Shown here: in pieces, positions 44,943 to 57,951 of the stretch
How the letters are laid out: the number at the start of each line of letters is the position of its first letter
How positions within the stretch are numbered: position 1 is the stretch's first letter
Assembly: GCF_009914755.1 (NCBI RefSeq)
Contig: NC_060932.1
DNA length: 64,000 bases
Source of the DNA: the human T2T-CHM13v2.0 reference genome, Homo sapiens
Direction: 5' to 3' (one strand)
Notes under the pieces: generated by a model
Databases searched by the model: none
Seen by the model: the letters and a program-made list of their open reading frames with translations, nothing else
What the model was told of the DNA's origin: nothing
Made by a program: the position numbers and the translations under genes

Positions 44943-45105
44943 GTTATGAGCTTTTAATTTTACAATAGCACATTTAAAAATAATTTATCTGGTGAAAGTT
45001 CTTATTTACTCCTGCTTGTCTCCTCTAGGAATAATGCCTTATGAATCGTGTCCTTAGTTGTAGATAGATAACATATATATAAACGGTGTTTTATTTCTCT
45101 TCCAG

Positions 45106-45184
45106 AGACCTTTTGCCTGAAGATTTTGTGGTTTATACTTACAACAAGGAAGGGACTTTAATCACTGACCATCCCAATATACAG
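45106..45184 (+). CDS. ADAM9: ADAM9 exon 4
   Basis: DLLPEDFVVYTYNKEGTLITDHPNIQ. Confidence 0.95.
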
Positions 45185-47258
45185 GTAATGTATTTTTCTC
45201 TTGATCCCATAGCAAATTTTAAAACAATTATAATTTAAAAATGAGTTCTGTATAGGCACTCAGGACTGTTACATTGCACAGCCCCACAGGGTACCTTTAA
45301 CATTATAACATATGGGTTATCTTGGGAAAAGTGGGTGCATTTCTATAGACTAAGCTGTACCTTACAGCTCTCCAGGTACTCAGTAGTTAAGGTTTTTTTT
45401 TTAAAGACTAGGAAAATAAATCTTCTATTTAATGGTAATCCTTACTGATGAGAAAATTTGATATGTTTTGAAAATAGGAGTTTCTGATTTTTTTGTTGAA
45501 AGTTAATATCTCTAAAAGTGCACTTATTAAAACATTTAATTTGTCAGTGATATTTAGTAAAGAAAAACACTCATTTGATGTTATGTGTTCTAATGTTCTA
45601 AATTTTTTCTGAAAATAATTGTTTCCTAAAAGAGGTGTGGTCCTCTCTGCATCAGAGAACAGAGTACTCCTGGGGACAGAGCTGGCCAGAATACCCAAAA
45701 TAATTGGCAGATGTCAAATTTGGCTTTCTGTGTTTATTACTAGAGCATAAACATTTCTAGTTTTGTTTGAGTGTTTTACAGTCCTTTTTGGCAGTTAGGT
45801 ATTATACCTTTTTTTCTTTTGCAATGGTTTTCATGAGAAATCTTTATTCCCATTACATGTGTATGTTTTATTTTTCTTCTGAACTTTGTAATACTTTGCT
45901 ATGTTGAATTGTTTCTGTTGGTAGCGCACTTTTGCAGCATTCTTCAAATAGGAGGCAAAAAAATCTTTAGATTAATTATTAGTACTTACAAAAACCAAGG
46001 AAATGCTGACTTAGGCCTATCTTCTGGTCCACTATCTGATTTCTTTATCTTAGTGTGTTGTTGGTCCATTGTTTAATAGAAAATTAGTAGAGGAGTTTGA
46101 ATTTACCTTACAGCATAAACCAGATAGAAAATAACGCATTCATCCAGTCATGCATCCAATGATTACCAAGGCAGAAGGCCAAACACCACATAATTTGTGT
46201 CACTTGACAAAAGCAGTAATGTTAAAAGGCATTTTTTTCCTCATAGAGGTTTCTTGGCATACTTTCTTCAGACATACACTGTTTGGGCTTGAGTTTTGAC
46301 TCATTATTTGCTGATGAAGCTACTTTAATCTGTTTGTGCCTTGGTATCTTCGCTTTAAAATGTAATAATAGTTACCACTTTATGGATATACTGGGAAACT
46401 TAACTGAGTTAATACTTACAAGATGCTTAGAACAGTCTGACAATTTTTAACTCAACGAATGTTATTATTTGTTGCTATTATTGACAGCGTATGTTCTTAA
46501 AACTGCCAAAAATTGATTTAATTATATAGAAACTTATGTAACTATTATCTTATATAATACTTAAGTATCATAAGTATGATAGAGTTATGCTTTTCTGGGT
46601 GTTTGAAAAATGTCAACTAAGACAGATGGTGTCTCACTTATTTCTTGGTTATTTAATATTGTTCAGTTAGATGAAAGTGTGATTGTAGATTTGAAATACA
46701 AAATAAAACTTGGATACTGTGATTTTTTTAACATGGCCAGACTGTCATGTATTATAATGACATATACTTTTGTCCATAAAATGAAATTAAGTTTCACTGA
46801 AAAATTTACATACTTTCCCCTGGGGATTCTATTGCTTCAGATTAAAGTTTATAAAGTATCATTAGTGTCTTCCACAGGGTCATTTTACACAAACACAGTT
46901 TTAGTGAGATGTCAACTGGCTTTTGTTGGTTGTTGGATTGACTGTGATTTAAAATGTTAAAGATGATATAATGCATCTTGTTCTGCTTCTAGGCTGAAAG
47001 GTCACTGAGGCAGAGCTGTTTGTACCTTGTATCCCCTGGAATTTTGCCTAAACATTTGTGTACTCATAGGGTGGTAGGAGATAGTCCGCAGATGGTCTAA
47101 AGAATGCCATGTGATACTGTGAGATGCCAATAATATAAATAAAACTTTGTTATTATTAAACTTGACTGGCCTAAAGTAATTTTGTTAGCTCTGCAATTTC
47201 TGTGATGATTTTCAGCAATGTAGCAATATTTGAAGATAATACAGTATTTTTCATTTAG

Positions 47259-47335
47259 AATCATTGTCATTATCGGGGCTATGTGGAGGGAGTTCATAAT
47301 TCATCCATTGCTCTTAGCGACTGTTTTGGACTCAG
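47259..47335 (+). CDS. ADAM9: ADAM9 exon 5
   Basis: NHCHYRGYVEGVHNSSIALSDCFGL, an ADAM prodomain motif. Confidence 0.95.
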
Positions 47336-48359
47336 GTAAGCAATTTCCTTTATCTTCTTTTTTTTTGTTTCCCCTATGTCTTACCCTCTTTCCTGTTTCT
47401 GTCTCCAAATTAAATCATTTTGGGCACTTAGCAAAATTGGAATTTACTTTGATGTTACTGAACATTTTTACAGCTGTGTTTCAGATATCCTTGGCATGTT
47501 TATTTAAGAAAGTATTATAGTTGATGAGTTTTAATATGTAAAGAGGAAATTTTTTTTGAGACCACTAAATCATTTTTGCTATTTAAAATGAAATATACTT
47601 TAAATTTCTGTAGCACTTTATATTTATAAAATTTTCACTTGTATTATTTAAGACTTGTATTTAAGTCTTATTATGACTGTGAATAAGAGCTCATTATCTC
47701 TGTATTTAGGTGAGCAAACTGAAGTTCAGATAAATTATATTACAATTCAAATTAAGTTATTATAGTATTAACATTACATTCCTTGAGGTCATGGCAACAT
47801 GGCACTGTGCTGGTTGGTTGACTGCATGATTGCTTGAACTAAAACATATTAGTTCTATATAAGATGAATATGATTATATTCACTTAGGCACTAACACTTA
47901 TTTGGTAGTTACTGTGTGCCAGGCAATATGTTCCGTGTGTTTTCTGCTTATTAAGTAATTTTGTTTTCAGAACAATCCTGTGCAGAGTGCAAACCAAGGC
48001 AGAGGTTAAATACCTCGCTGAGAGTCCTGCAGCTAGTAGAAGACATTTGGAATTCAGACTCTTGTCCTCTGGTCCGGATGCCACATTCTTAGCCACTATT
48101 TTGTAGTGCCTTCCATTTCCCGTAGATCACTCAGGGAGGTTAAGTGACTTACAGGCAGTGACGCTGCTAAGTAGCTATTTGAGCTTTCAATTTAGGTCCG
48201 TCCCAGCCCTATCTGTCTGATTCTAAAGCCTCTATTTTCTTCTCTATGTAATGCTATGCCTACTTACACATTTAAGAATTAGGACTTGAACTTAGGTTTT
48301 CTGATTCCTTGTGTATTTTCTTTTTCTTAAAATTTGTATACGTGTAATGCAACATTCAG

Positions 48360-48555
48360 AGGATTGCTGCATTTAGAGAATGCGAGTTATGGGATTGAAC
48401 CCCTGCAGAACAGCTCTCATTTTGAGCACATCATTTATCGAATGGATGATGTCTACAAAGAGCCTCTGAAATGTGGAGTTTCCAACAAGGATATAGAGAA
48501 AGAAACTGCAAAGGATGAAGAGGAAGAGCCTCCCAGCATGACTCAGCTACTTCGA
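48360..48555 (+). CDS. ADAM9: ADAM9 exon 6 (cysteine switch)
   Basis: GLLHLENASYGIEPL...EPLKCGV...MTQLLR. Confidence 0.95.
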
Positions 48556-48800
48556 GTAAGGAAATAACATAATTCTTCATGGCTCAGACTACCATTTTAG
48601 AAAAATCATGTATTTATTCATGAAATCAATACTATGAGTAGTGTTTTTTTTTCTTTTCTTAATTTTGCCAAATATATGCCAGACATTGTGATAGGTACTA
48701 GGGGATGAAAAGATGAGCGATATATAGTTCCTGCTACCAAGTTGAGTACAGTTTAGATCCTGTGGGTTTTGGAAACTAGGACTTAAATCTGCAACAATGT

Positions 48801-49049
<249 letters not shown>

Positions 49050-49156
49050 TAGGTACCTCTTAGACAACTCAAATGGTGATTCTTGAACCCTAGATTGGAA
49101 AAAGAGAGAGATACGGCTTTAGGAACTTAATGACTTCAGATGTGTTTCAAGGACAC

Positions 49157-49798
49157 TCTGCTAATGACTTTAAGTGATGATAAACTATGTCTGAGTCCCT
49201 CTTTGGAGACTGCTATAGCACTTCATGATTTACTCTTGACATGGGTGTCTCTTAGACTGAAATGGTTCTAGGACTAGATCAACTTCAGCTGCAGGGATTG
49301 TACCTTTCTACATATGAGATTCTGTTGCTGCCTTGAAAGAGGCATATTTTTAATTAAGTTATACTAGTTTATGGCATTATTTTTATTGCCTCTGCTGCTA
49401 TCCACTCTTTTGACTTGGGCTATTCTTTTTAACTTTAAACATTGGAAAACATTAAAATTTTTGCTTATTCTACTTCGCATGAATTTCTGTAAAATGACAA
49501 AACTAGTCATTTTTTAAAATGGCAACCTTATTCTAACTTCTGCTCTGGGATATTAGTGGATATGTTTTCTTTATCTCTCAGCATAGTAATGGGCTTTTTC
49601 ATTAAAATATGTGTGTGTTTGCATGTGTGTGTGTGTGTAGTTTTGATTTTAGAAAATTGGTAATTCTGCTTTGTAAACTTAAACCCATTTTATCTGTAAC
49701 TAACATTTTTCTCATATTAGTGCAGATAGCAGATAACACTTCAAAAACATTTTTTTCCCCTCAGACATAGTTTATCATCACTTAAAGTCATTAGCAGA
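49157..49798. repeat. Perfect 39-bp inverted repeat (49157-49195 / 49760-49798)
   Basis: TCTGCTAATGACTTTAAGTGATGATAAACTATGTCTGAG and its exact reverse complement. Confidence 0.92.
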
Positions 49799-49824
49799 AC
49801 TGGACAAAGTTTTCATCACTAAGA
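49756..49824 (-). ncRNA. SNORD38 (U38)-family C/D box snoRNA retrocopy, probably a pseudogene (likely the locus annotated SNORD38D)
   Basis: Minus strand TCTTAGTGATGAAAACTTTGTCCAGTTCTGCTAATGACTTTAAGTGATGATAAACTATGTCTGAGGGGA. C box, 28S guide CCAGTTCTGCT, degenerate D' (ATGA), C', D box. Short A tail and flanking direct repeat AGCAGATAACACTTCAAAAA. Confidence 0.85.
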
Positions 49825-49993
49825 AGCAGATAACACTTCAAAAAACATATTTTTCACTTTCTTGATATAGGATATGTTAAGTAAAATAATTTTATGATGT
49901 TCTTAGCAGACATGAAATAAGTGATGAGAGATTAGGATGTGATCATAGCCTTATAACTTCCTTTTGCCTTTATGATGTTTGTGTTTTTGACAG

Positions 49994-50059
49994 AGAAGAA
50001 GAGCTGTCTTGCCACAGACCCGGTATGTGGAGCTGTTCATTGTCGTAGACAAGGAAAGG
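49994..50059 (+). CDS. ADAM9: ADAM9 exon 7 (furin site, start of catalytic domain)
   Basis: RRRAVLPQTRYVELFIVVDKER; RRRR spans the exon 6/7 junction. Confidence 0.95.
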
Positions 50060-50975
50060 GTAAGATTGGTGACAATTTTTCTTCTTTTCCATGAAAAGGA
50101 TATGAGAAGTGAGCATTTAATGAAGGAAATCTAAACTACACATTGTTTGTATTGATTTTACTTAAATAATGATTTTAAAACTAAAATGGTTTTTTTCCCT
50201 TAAACTTTATACCACCAGAATACCAACAGAAGCTAAATGTAGCAAATGTGACTGCCTTTAACTTTATCTTTTATTAATGATTTTTTTTTCTTTTTCTTGC
50301 TGATGACTTGCTTATGCTGAATTTTTTGAGTGAATCTGTACTGCCTATCAGGCTCTTGAGAACTTTTCAGATTACTTTAATGGGCTGTGGCTCTAAAAGG
50401 TTTGGCTTTGTTGGCTAATAAAATTGCTTTGCTTTCTAGAATTTGAGATAACCTATATTGCACTTTGAGAGATGGAAAACCTCCAGGTCCTGGCATGCTT
50501 TAGAAGGGAATAGTATTAATTTCCGTGTATAGGATCACATGAGGGCATTTTCCTTATTTATACTTAAGAAACTGAACTAAGTGCTTTGCTTTAACTAAGA
50601 GAAGTAATGTGTCCCTATTTTGGCATTTACAGGATTATCAGTTTTAGAGATAATGGCTGTATAATTTATTTTCATGTTGCTTTTTTTATTGATATATAAT
50701 ACTTCACATGTTTAGGGGGTACAGGTGAGTATTTGTTACAACAGCTGTGTAATTTAAAAAAGAGAGTATTTTTAGTGTTTTGTTTGACTTTTACTTCCAA
50801 CTTTGTTGTCAGTGTGAAAAAGTTATTTGTGGAAACTTACTATGATTGGCAGTTCCTTTCTTGTAAGCTGTAGAGACAGTTTTGAGGTTTTTTTTGGTTT
50901 TAAAAAAATTCCTTGTTGTATGTAGGTTGGAAAATAACAAGCCACCCCAAATAACTAATTTGGAGAAAATATTAA

Positions 50976-51425
<450 letters not shown>

Positions 51426-51849
51426 TGTTCTTCTTCATTGCTGTCTCCAGATGTATTTGTTATATACAGATAGAAAATGGTTAAAAAAAAGGTTCAATTT
51501 CAATCAAGCCCTATCAAATATATTAAATTAATTTTTTTTCTTGTTTAGGAGGATCATGATTAGATCCCTAACTGATAAAATCTGATATATTCTGATACTA
51601 ATGCTTTTAGCATAGAGCAAAATCATAAATCCTTTTAAAATTTTTCTTCTGCTAAATTGGTTATATAAATTAATGTTAAAAATAGACATTTCAGTTTAGC
51701 CAGGTGTCAAAGAAAAATTAGTCATATTTATTTGGCTTAAGATGGTTAAACTTTTATATATTTTCATCTACATATGATTTTTTAACTAGTGATTATTGGT
51801 TAATCTCTCATTTTTAATTCAGCCCAGCATTTAGAAATGGTTTATTGGT

Positions 51850-52046
51850 GCTGATCTGTAACCAATCTGGCTGTTTCTGTCTCAGTTCTATTTTCTGTAT
51901 GTCACTTCGTTTTTCTGTCCATAAATCTTCTTCCACTATGTGGCTGCACAGAGTCTCTCTGAACCTGTTCTGGTTTGGAAGCCACACAATTCTTGAATCA
52001 GTCATTCTTTGCTCAACTAAATTCTGTTAAATTAAAAAAAAAAAAA
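51850..52046 (+). mobile_element. MER57-like LTR 3' fragment with poly(A) tail
   Basis: gtaaccaatc..tgtccataaatc..ctttgctcaactaaattctgttaaatt followed by A13; flanked by gtttattg repeats. Confidence 0.6.
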
Positions 52047-52416
52047 GTTTATTGATTACATCATTAGCTTAAGAGGTGAAAGGGTCAGGAAGTTCTTTAG
52101 ATTGTCTTTTATTCTTTTATCTATGCATTTTGATTGCTTAAAACTCTACCTTTGTGAAATGCTTGAAAATATTTTTGCATTAAAATAAAAGGAACATTAA
52201 GAAGATAATTCGTTTTAAAGTTCTACTAATTTGGATAAAATGAAGTCTTCAGTGCTCTTTCATTATTATTCACTTTACCCTTTTACCTGTTTTTCTTTTA
52301 TTCCTGTCACTACAATGTAACCTTTAAATTTCTTAATTTGAAATGTTGATAAATGTCTAAATGCCTCAATTTTTTGTTCAGAGGAAATATTTGGATTCTT
52401 CATAGTAACAGACACA

Positions 52417-52724
52417 TTTTTATTTTATTTTTATTTTTTTTGAGATGGAGTTTTGCTCTTTCTCCCAGACTGGAGTGAAATGGCGGGATCTTGGCTCACT
52501 GCAACTTCCACCCCCACGGGTTCAAGCGATTCTCCTGCCTCAGTCTCCTGAGTAGCTGGGATTATAGGCACCTGCCACCACGCCTGGCTAATTTTTGTAT
52601 TTTTAGTAGAGAGAAGGTTTCGCCATGTTGGCTAGGCTGGTCTCGAACTCCTGACCTCAGGTGATCTACCCGCCTGGGCCTCTCAAAATGCTAGAATTAC
52701 AGGCATGAGGTACTGCACCCGGCC
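52417..52724 (-). mobile_element. AluS
   Basis: Full dimer. Confidence 0.87.
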
Positions 52725-52783
52725 TTACATTTCTATTCTTAAAGTACTTTGGTGATAATGATTCTCCTTCTTTGCTTTTCCAG

Positions 52784-52855
52784 TATGACATGATGGGAAG
52801 AAATCAGACTGCTGTGAGAGAAGAGATGATTCTCCTGGCAAACTACTTGGATAGT
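52784..52855 (+). CDS. ADAM9: ADAM9 exon 8
   Basis: YDMMGRNQTAVREEMILLANYLDS. Confidence 0.95.
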
Positions 52856-53203
52856 GTAAGTTGTATTTTCTATCAACCAGGATGATTCTGTCCTATTCTT
52901 TCAGTCCCAGAACAGAACTTAAAAATGTCTCATTTTGAGTTCTGATTTTCATAGGGCCTCAATGACTTAGTCTTTCAGAGGTCTGCTTTCTGGTTTGTTT
53001 TGTAACTCTTTTTAATGTTTAAAGGAAAGTACCAGTGTAGAAAGACTGAGAAGAGCAAGAGATTTCATATTAGCATCTACTTTATCTTCAGAGTTGCTAG
53101 GCTTAGGTGCTTTGGCATTTATGGAAAGATCTTTGAATTTTTGTCGAATGCATCTTATTTTGAATAAGGCTGCCTTCTACCCTGAAAACATGATATGACA
53201 ATA

Positions 53204-53204
<1 letters not shown>

Positions 53205-53269
<65 letters not shown>

Positions 53270-53270
53270 T
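53205..53270 (+). repeat. (TG)n(GA)n compound microsatellite
   Basis: Seen directly. Confidence 0.92.
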
Positions 53271-53491
53271 GTTTGGTTTGAGATTTTGGAGTTCATCCGG
53301 TGGGAGATATTAAAGAATTAGATATATGTTCTTATAATTTTATCTACAAAGCTGATATGAACATTAAACGTGATGATGACGATGATGATGATAGCATTCA
53401 CTTGAGTACTTACAGTGTGCTAGACACTGAGCTAAGTGCTTTACATTTATTAACCCATTTACTCCTTACAGTACCCCTATGAAATTATGAG

Positions 53492-53800
53492 TTCCACAGT
53501 CCTTTATCTGAAACCTCTGATGTACCTGTGATTAAAATTTTAGATAAGTTTAGAAAAACAGTGTGATTAACTCTGTATTATATAACACCTTCGACAGGAT
53601 CTTGGGGTAGCACCTCATAATCAGACTCATTGATATTTCTGCAGTGAAATATAGGAATATTTACATTAAATAGGTTAAATGTGGACTATGAATGGGCTTG
53701 CATTATATCAGGGCAAATTTTGGAGCCAGTTTTACCAAAAACTTAATTTCCAGAGTTTGTCAGATTTTAGAATAGAAGATAATAAGGATTTCGAATCTCT
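53492..53800. mobile_element. MER46C-like Tigger-family element
   Basis: cctttatctgaaacc..atatttctgcagtgaaa..gataataaggatt. Confidence 0.5.
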
Positions 53801-53840
53801 GTTACTATTATTTTATGGTTGAGGAAACTGAGACTATTGA

Positions 53841-54153
<313 letters not shown>

Positions 54154-54296
54154 CAAAGTCTCATTGTATTAAAGGAAAGATAGTTTTTTTTAGGCAGGGG
54201 AGTTTTAATTTAAGTAGCCGTGTTACTTCATGTGGTTAAAAGATTTTTCTCACGTTCTTTACTATATTTTATATACTTTTATTTCTTTCTTCCCAG

Positions 54297-54466
54297 ATGT
54301 ATATTATGTTAAATATTCGAATTGTGCTAGTTGGACTGGAGATTTGGACCAATGGAAACCTGATCAACATAGTTGGGGGTGCTGGTGATGTGCTGGGGAA
54401 CTTCGTGCAGTGGCGGGAAAAGTTTCTTATCACACGTCGGAGACATGACAGTGCACAGCTAGTTCT
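54297..54466 (+). CDS. ADAM9: ADAM9 exon 9
   Basis: MYIMLNIRIVLVGLEIWT...RRRHDSAQLV. Confidence 0.95.
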
Positions 54467-54813
54467 GTAAGTATTTTTTTTTTAAGTACTATTAATGAAA
54501 TAATCAAAATAATAATTTTTGCTTATTTTCTTGTATTAGAATTATATTCTCTTGAGGTTTTGGGGTATTCATTTAAATGAGGAAAACTTAGCTTGATGTG
54601 GCATTATCATGAGACCTCTTCTGTTTTGGATTCCTGTGACCTTTCTCCCATATCCTCCTTTTTTCTTGAGTTTACATCCTCATTTGGGTATAGTGTGCTT
54701 TGTACTAGTTTTTTGTGAACGGATATATAGAAAGAAAACATTTTGACCTCCTGTGTGTCTGAAAATATGGTTTCCCAGTTTCGGAACAGAATTGAAAAAT
54801 TATCTCAATTTGA

Positions 54814-55193
<380 letters not shown>

Positions 55194-55393
55194 TGAAATC
55201 CTTTTTCTTCACGACTTTGAAGGCGTTGCTCTTTTGTCTTTTTTGTCCCAGCATTACTATTGGGAAGTCTGAAACATTCTGATTCCTGACCTTTTGTATG
55301 TGGCCTGTTTTTCCCCGTCACTGGAAACTTGTAGGATCTTCTCTTGGTTCCCAGGCTTCTGAATTTTCCTGATGATGTGTTTTGGTGTGGGTC

Positions 55394-55518
55394 TTAATTT
55401 TTAGTAAAATCGTACGCTCACACATCCTCGTACCAGTGAGAATGCCATCTAGTTCACAAAATACCATAAGGAGCAGGTGTCAAGCATACTCACTATGCCT
55501 TGCCCAACCACACCCACC
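55394..55518 (+). pseudogene. NUMT: fragment of mitochondrial 12S rRNA 5' region
   Basis: TTAGTAAAAT..CATCCTCGTACCAGTGAGAATGCC..AAGGAGCAGGTGTCAAGCA..GCCTTGCCCAACCACACCC follows the conserved motif order of mammalian 12S rRNA. Confidence 0.7.
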
Positions 55519-55779
55519 AAACTATCTTAACCCCCTCTCTTTGTGTGGTCTCCATCTGTCCTGTTAGAGACATTTCCCAGATGCTTGATGATTTTTAGTT
55601 GTTTGTTTACAGTTGAGAATGGGGTCCCGAAAACCTTTTTGGAAGCCTTGAGTCCATGAGTGCATTTTGGGGCCTATGAGTTCCTTATAGGGTGGTTTGG
55701 CTGGAATGTCCTTGTCAATCTCCTTATGTCAGTACCTCTGGTCATCTTCTCCTGGCTGGTCAGATGGCCCAGAGAAGGA

Positions 55780-56195
55780 TTTATCCATTCATTTAAAATA
55801 TATTTATTGGGTGTATACCCCAGACACTGGGACATAGCAGTGAACAAAACTGGCAAAAATTCCTGCTCTCATGGAGTCCATGTTCTGGTGGAGGAGATTG
55901 GCTATACATGTGATAAATAAGTACATGTAGTATGTTAACCAATGATAAGTGGTAAGGAGAAAAATAAAACGGGAGGGTAGATATAAAAGCATTGGAGGTT
56001 GTGATTAAAATTTTAGATAAAAGTTTAGAAAAACAGTGTTATTCACTGTTGAATTTTGAGGTGACATGGTCTAGCCAGGGAGATGCCTTCTGAGTAAAGA
56101 CCTGAAGGAGGTGAGGGAATGAGTCTGGGTTATATTAATATTAGGGAAGAGAGGTCCAGGCGGAGGGAACAGGTGCTGAGGTACAGGTGTGTGGG
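55780..56195 (-). mobile_element. L2 fragment
   Basis: cattcattt..tatttattg..gtgaacaaaac..agacctgaaggaggtgaggga. Confidence 0.6.
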
Positions 56196-56229
56196 GTGTG
56201 ACTGGGGAGGCACACAGGGCCCATCCTGA

Positions 56230-56640
<411 letters not shown>

Positions 56641-56943
56641 TAATATATAGTTAAATATAATAAGTGTATAAATAAACCTAATGTATTTTAGGAGAGGTTT
56701 CACCTAGAAGGTAAAAAGAAACAAACTTGTCTCGGTATCCAGAAAGTGTCTTCATTTGTCTGAAAAAATTAATAAGAAGGAGATAAGGCATAAGTATATT
56801 CTGATTTTAGAATTTTTTTTTTTTGCCATTTTCCTGCCATGTTTTGTAGGTTCTCCCAATCCAGTTGAGATTATTCATAAAATAAAAGCAATGTGTTCCT
56901 TTTTTCCCCAAGAACATTTTTTAACTTTTACATTTTCATTTAG

Positions 56944-57025
56944 AAAGAAAGGTTTTGGTGGAACTGCAGGAATGGCATTTGTGGGAACAGTGTGTTCAAG
57001 GAGCCACGCAGGCGGGATTAATGTG
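56944..57025 (+). CDS. ADAM9: ADAM9 exon 10
   Basis: KKGFGGTAGMAFVGTVCSRSHAGGINV. Confidence 0.95.
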
Positions 57026-57228
57026 GTACGTTGTTCTTGATGTTTAACTTTGGATGTTTGCACTGGGACAATATCAAGCATTTATTGACTGTATACTTCC
57101 TCCCCTGGTCCTTAAAACAATATTTTGGGTGTTATGAGGAACACAGTAGAAGTCGCAGATGGGTTCTTTCCCCAGAGACTGGGTCAAGTTTTTAAATATG
57201 TGCTATGTGTTTATTAGCTCTTTTCTTT

Positions 57229-57482
57229 TTTATTCATTTTATTTTACTTTAAGTTCTGGGACACATGTGCAGAATGTCCAGGTTTGTTACATAGGTATAC
57301 ATGTGCCATGGTGGTTTGCTGCACCTATCAACCCGTCATCTAGGTTTTAAGCCCCGCATATGTTAGGTATTTGTCCTAATGCTCTCCCTCCCCTTGCTCC
57401 CCACCTCCCGACAGGCCCCGGTGTGTGATGTTCCCCTCCCTGTGTCCATGTGTTCTCATTGTTCAACTCCCACTTATGAGTG
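57229..57482 (-). mobile_element. L1PA 3' fragment
   Basis: Reverse complement of an L1 3'UTR; TSD tagctcttt at 57215 and 57483. Confidence 0.88.
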
Positions 57483-57817
57483 TAGCTCTTTACTTTTTAT
57501 GGGTGAGGAAACATGTACTCCATTTTAGAGAATTAAATTAGAACCATTAACTTGTTTTCCTATAAACTACCATAAGTAATCTGTTGGTGCTAAAGTGGTT
57601 GACCTCTTGCTTGAAGGATCCATGTCCATCACGTGTGTGATTCATGTTACTTTCTTACTAGACTGAAATGTATAAAGACTGTTGTTGGATGCTTGATTTA
57701 TCACGTAGGCTGTCAACAGTGTAGTGAATAAATTTCCTTTTGTGAAAAAATAATCTGAGCAGCAAAACATTTTCTTTGCGTTCAGAAACCTAATTACTAC
57801 CTTCCTGTTCTGAACAG

Positions 57818-57951
57818 TTTGGACAAATCACTGTGGAGACATTTGCTTCCATTGTTGCTCATGAATTGGGTCATAATCTTGGAATGAATCACGATGATGG
57901 GAGAGATTGTTCCTGTGGAGCAAAGAGCTGCATCATGAATTCAGGAGCATC
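57818..57951 (+). CDS. ADAM9: ADAM9 exon 11 (zinc-binding motif)
   Basis: [12 protein letters not shown] (HExxHxxGxxH) and the CIM Met-turn. Confidence 0.97.

Noticed and set aside
49157-49195. Second functional snoRNA on the ADAM9 sense strand
   Set aside because: It lacks the 5' C box and half of the guide, and is too short.
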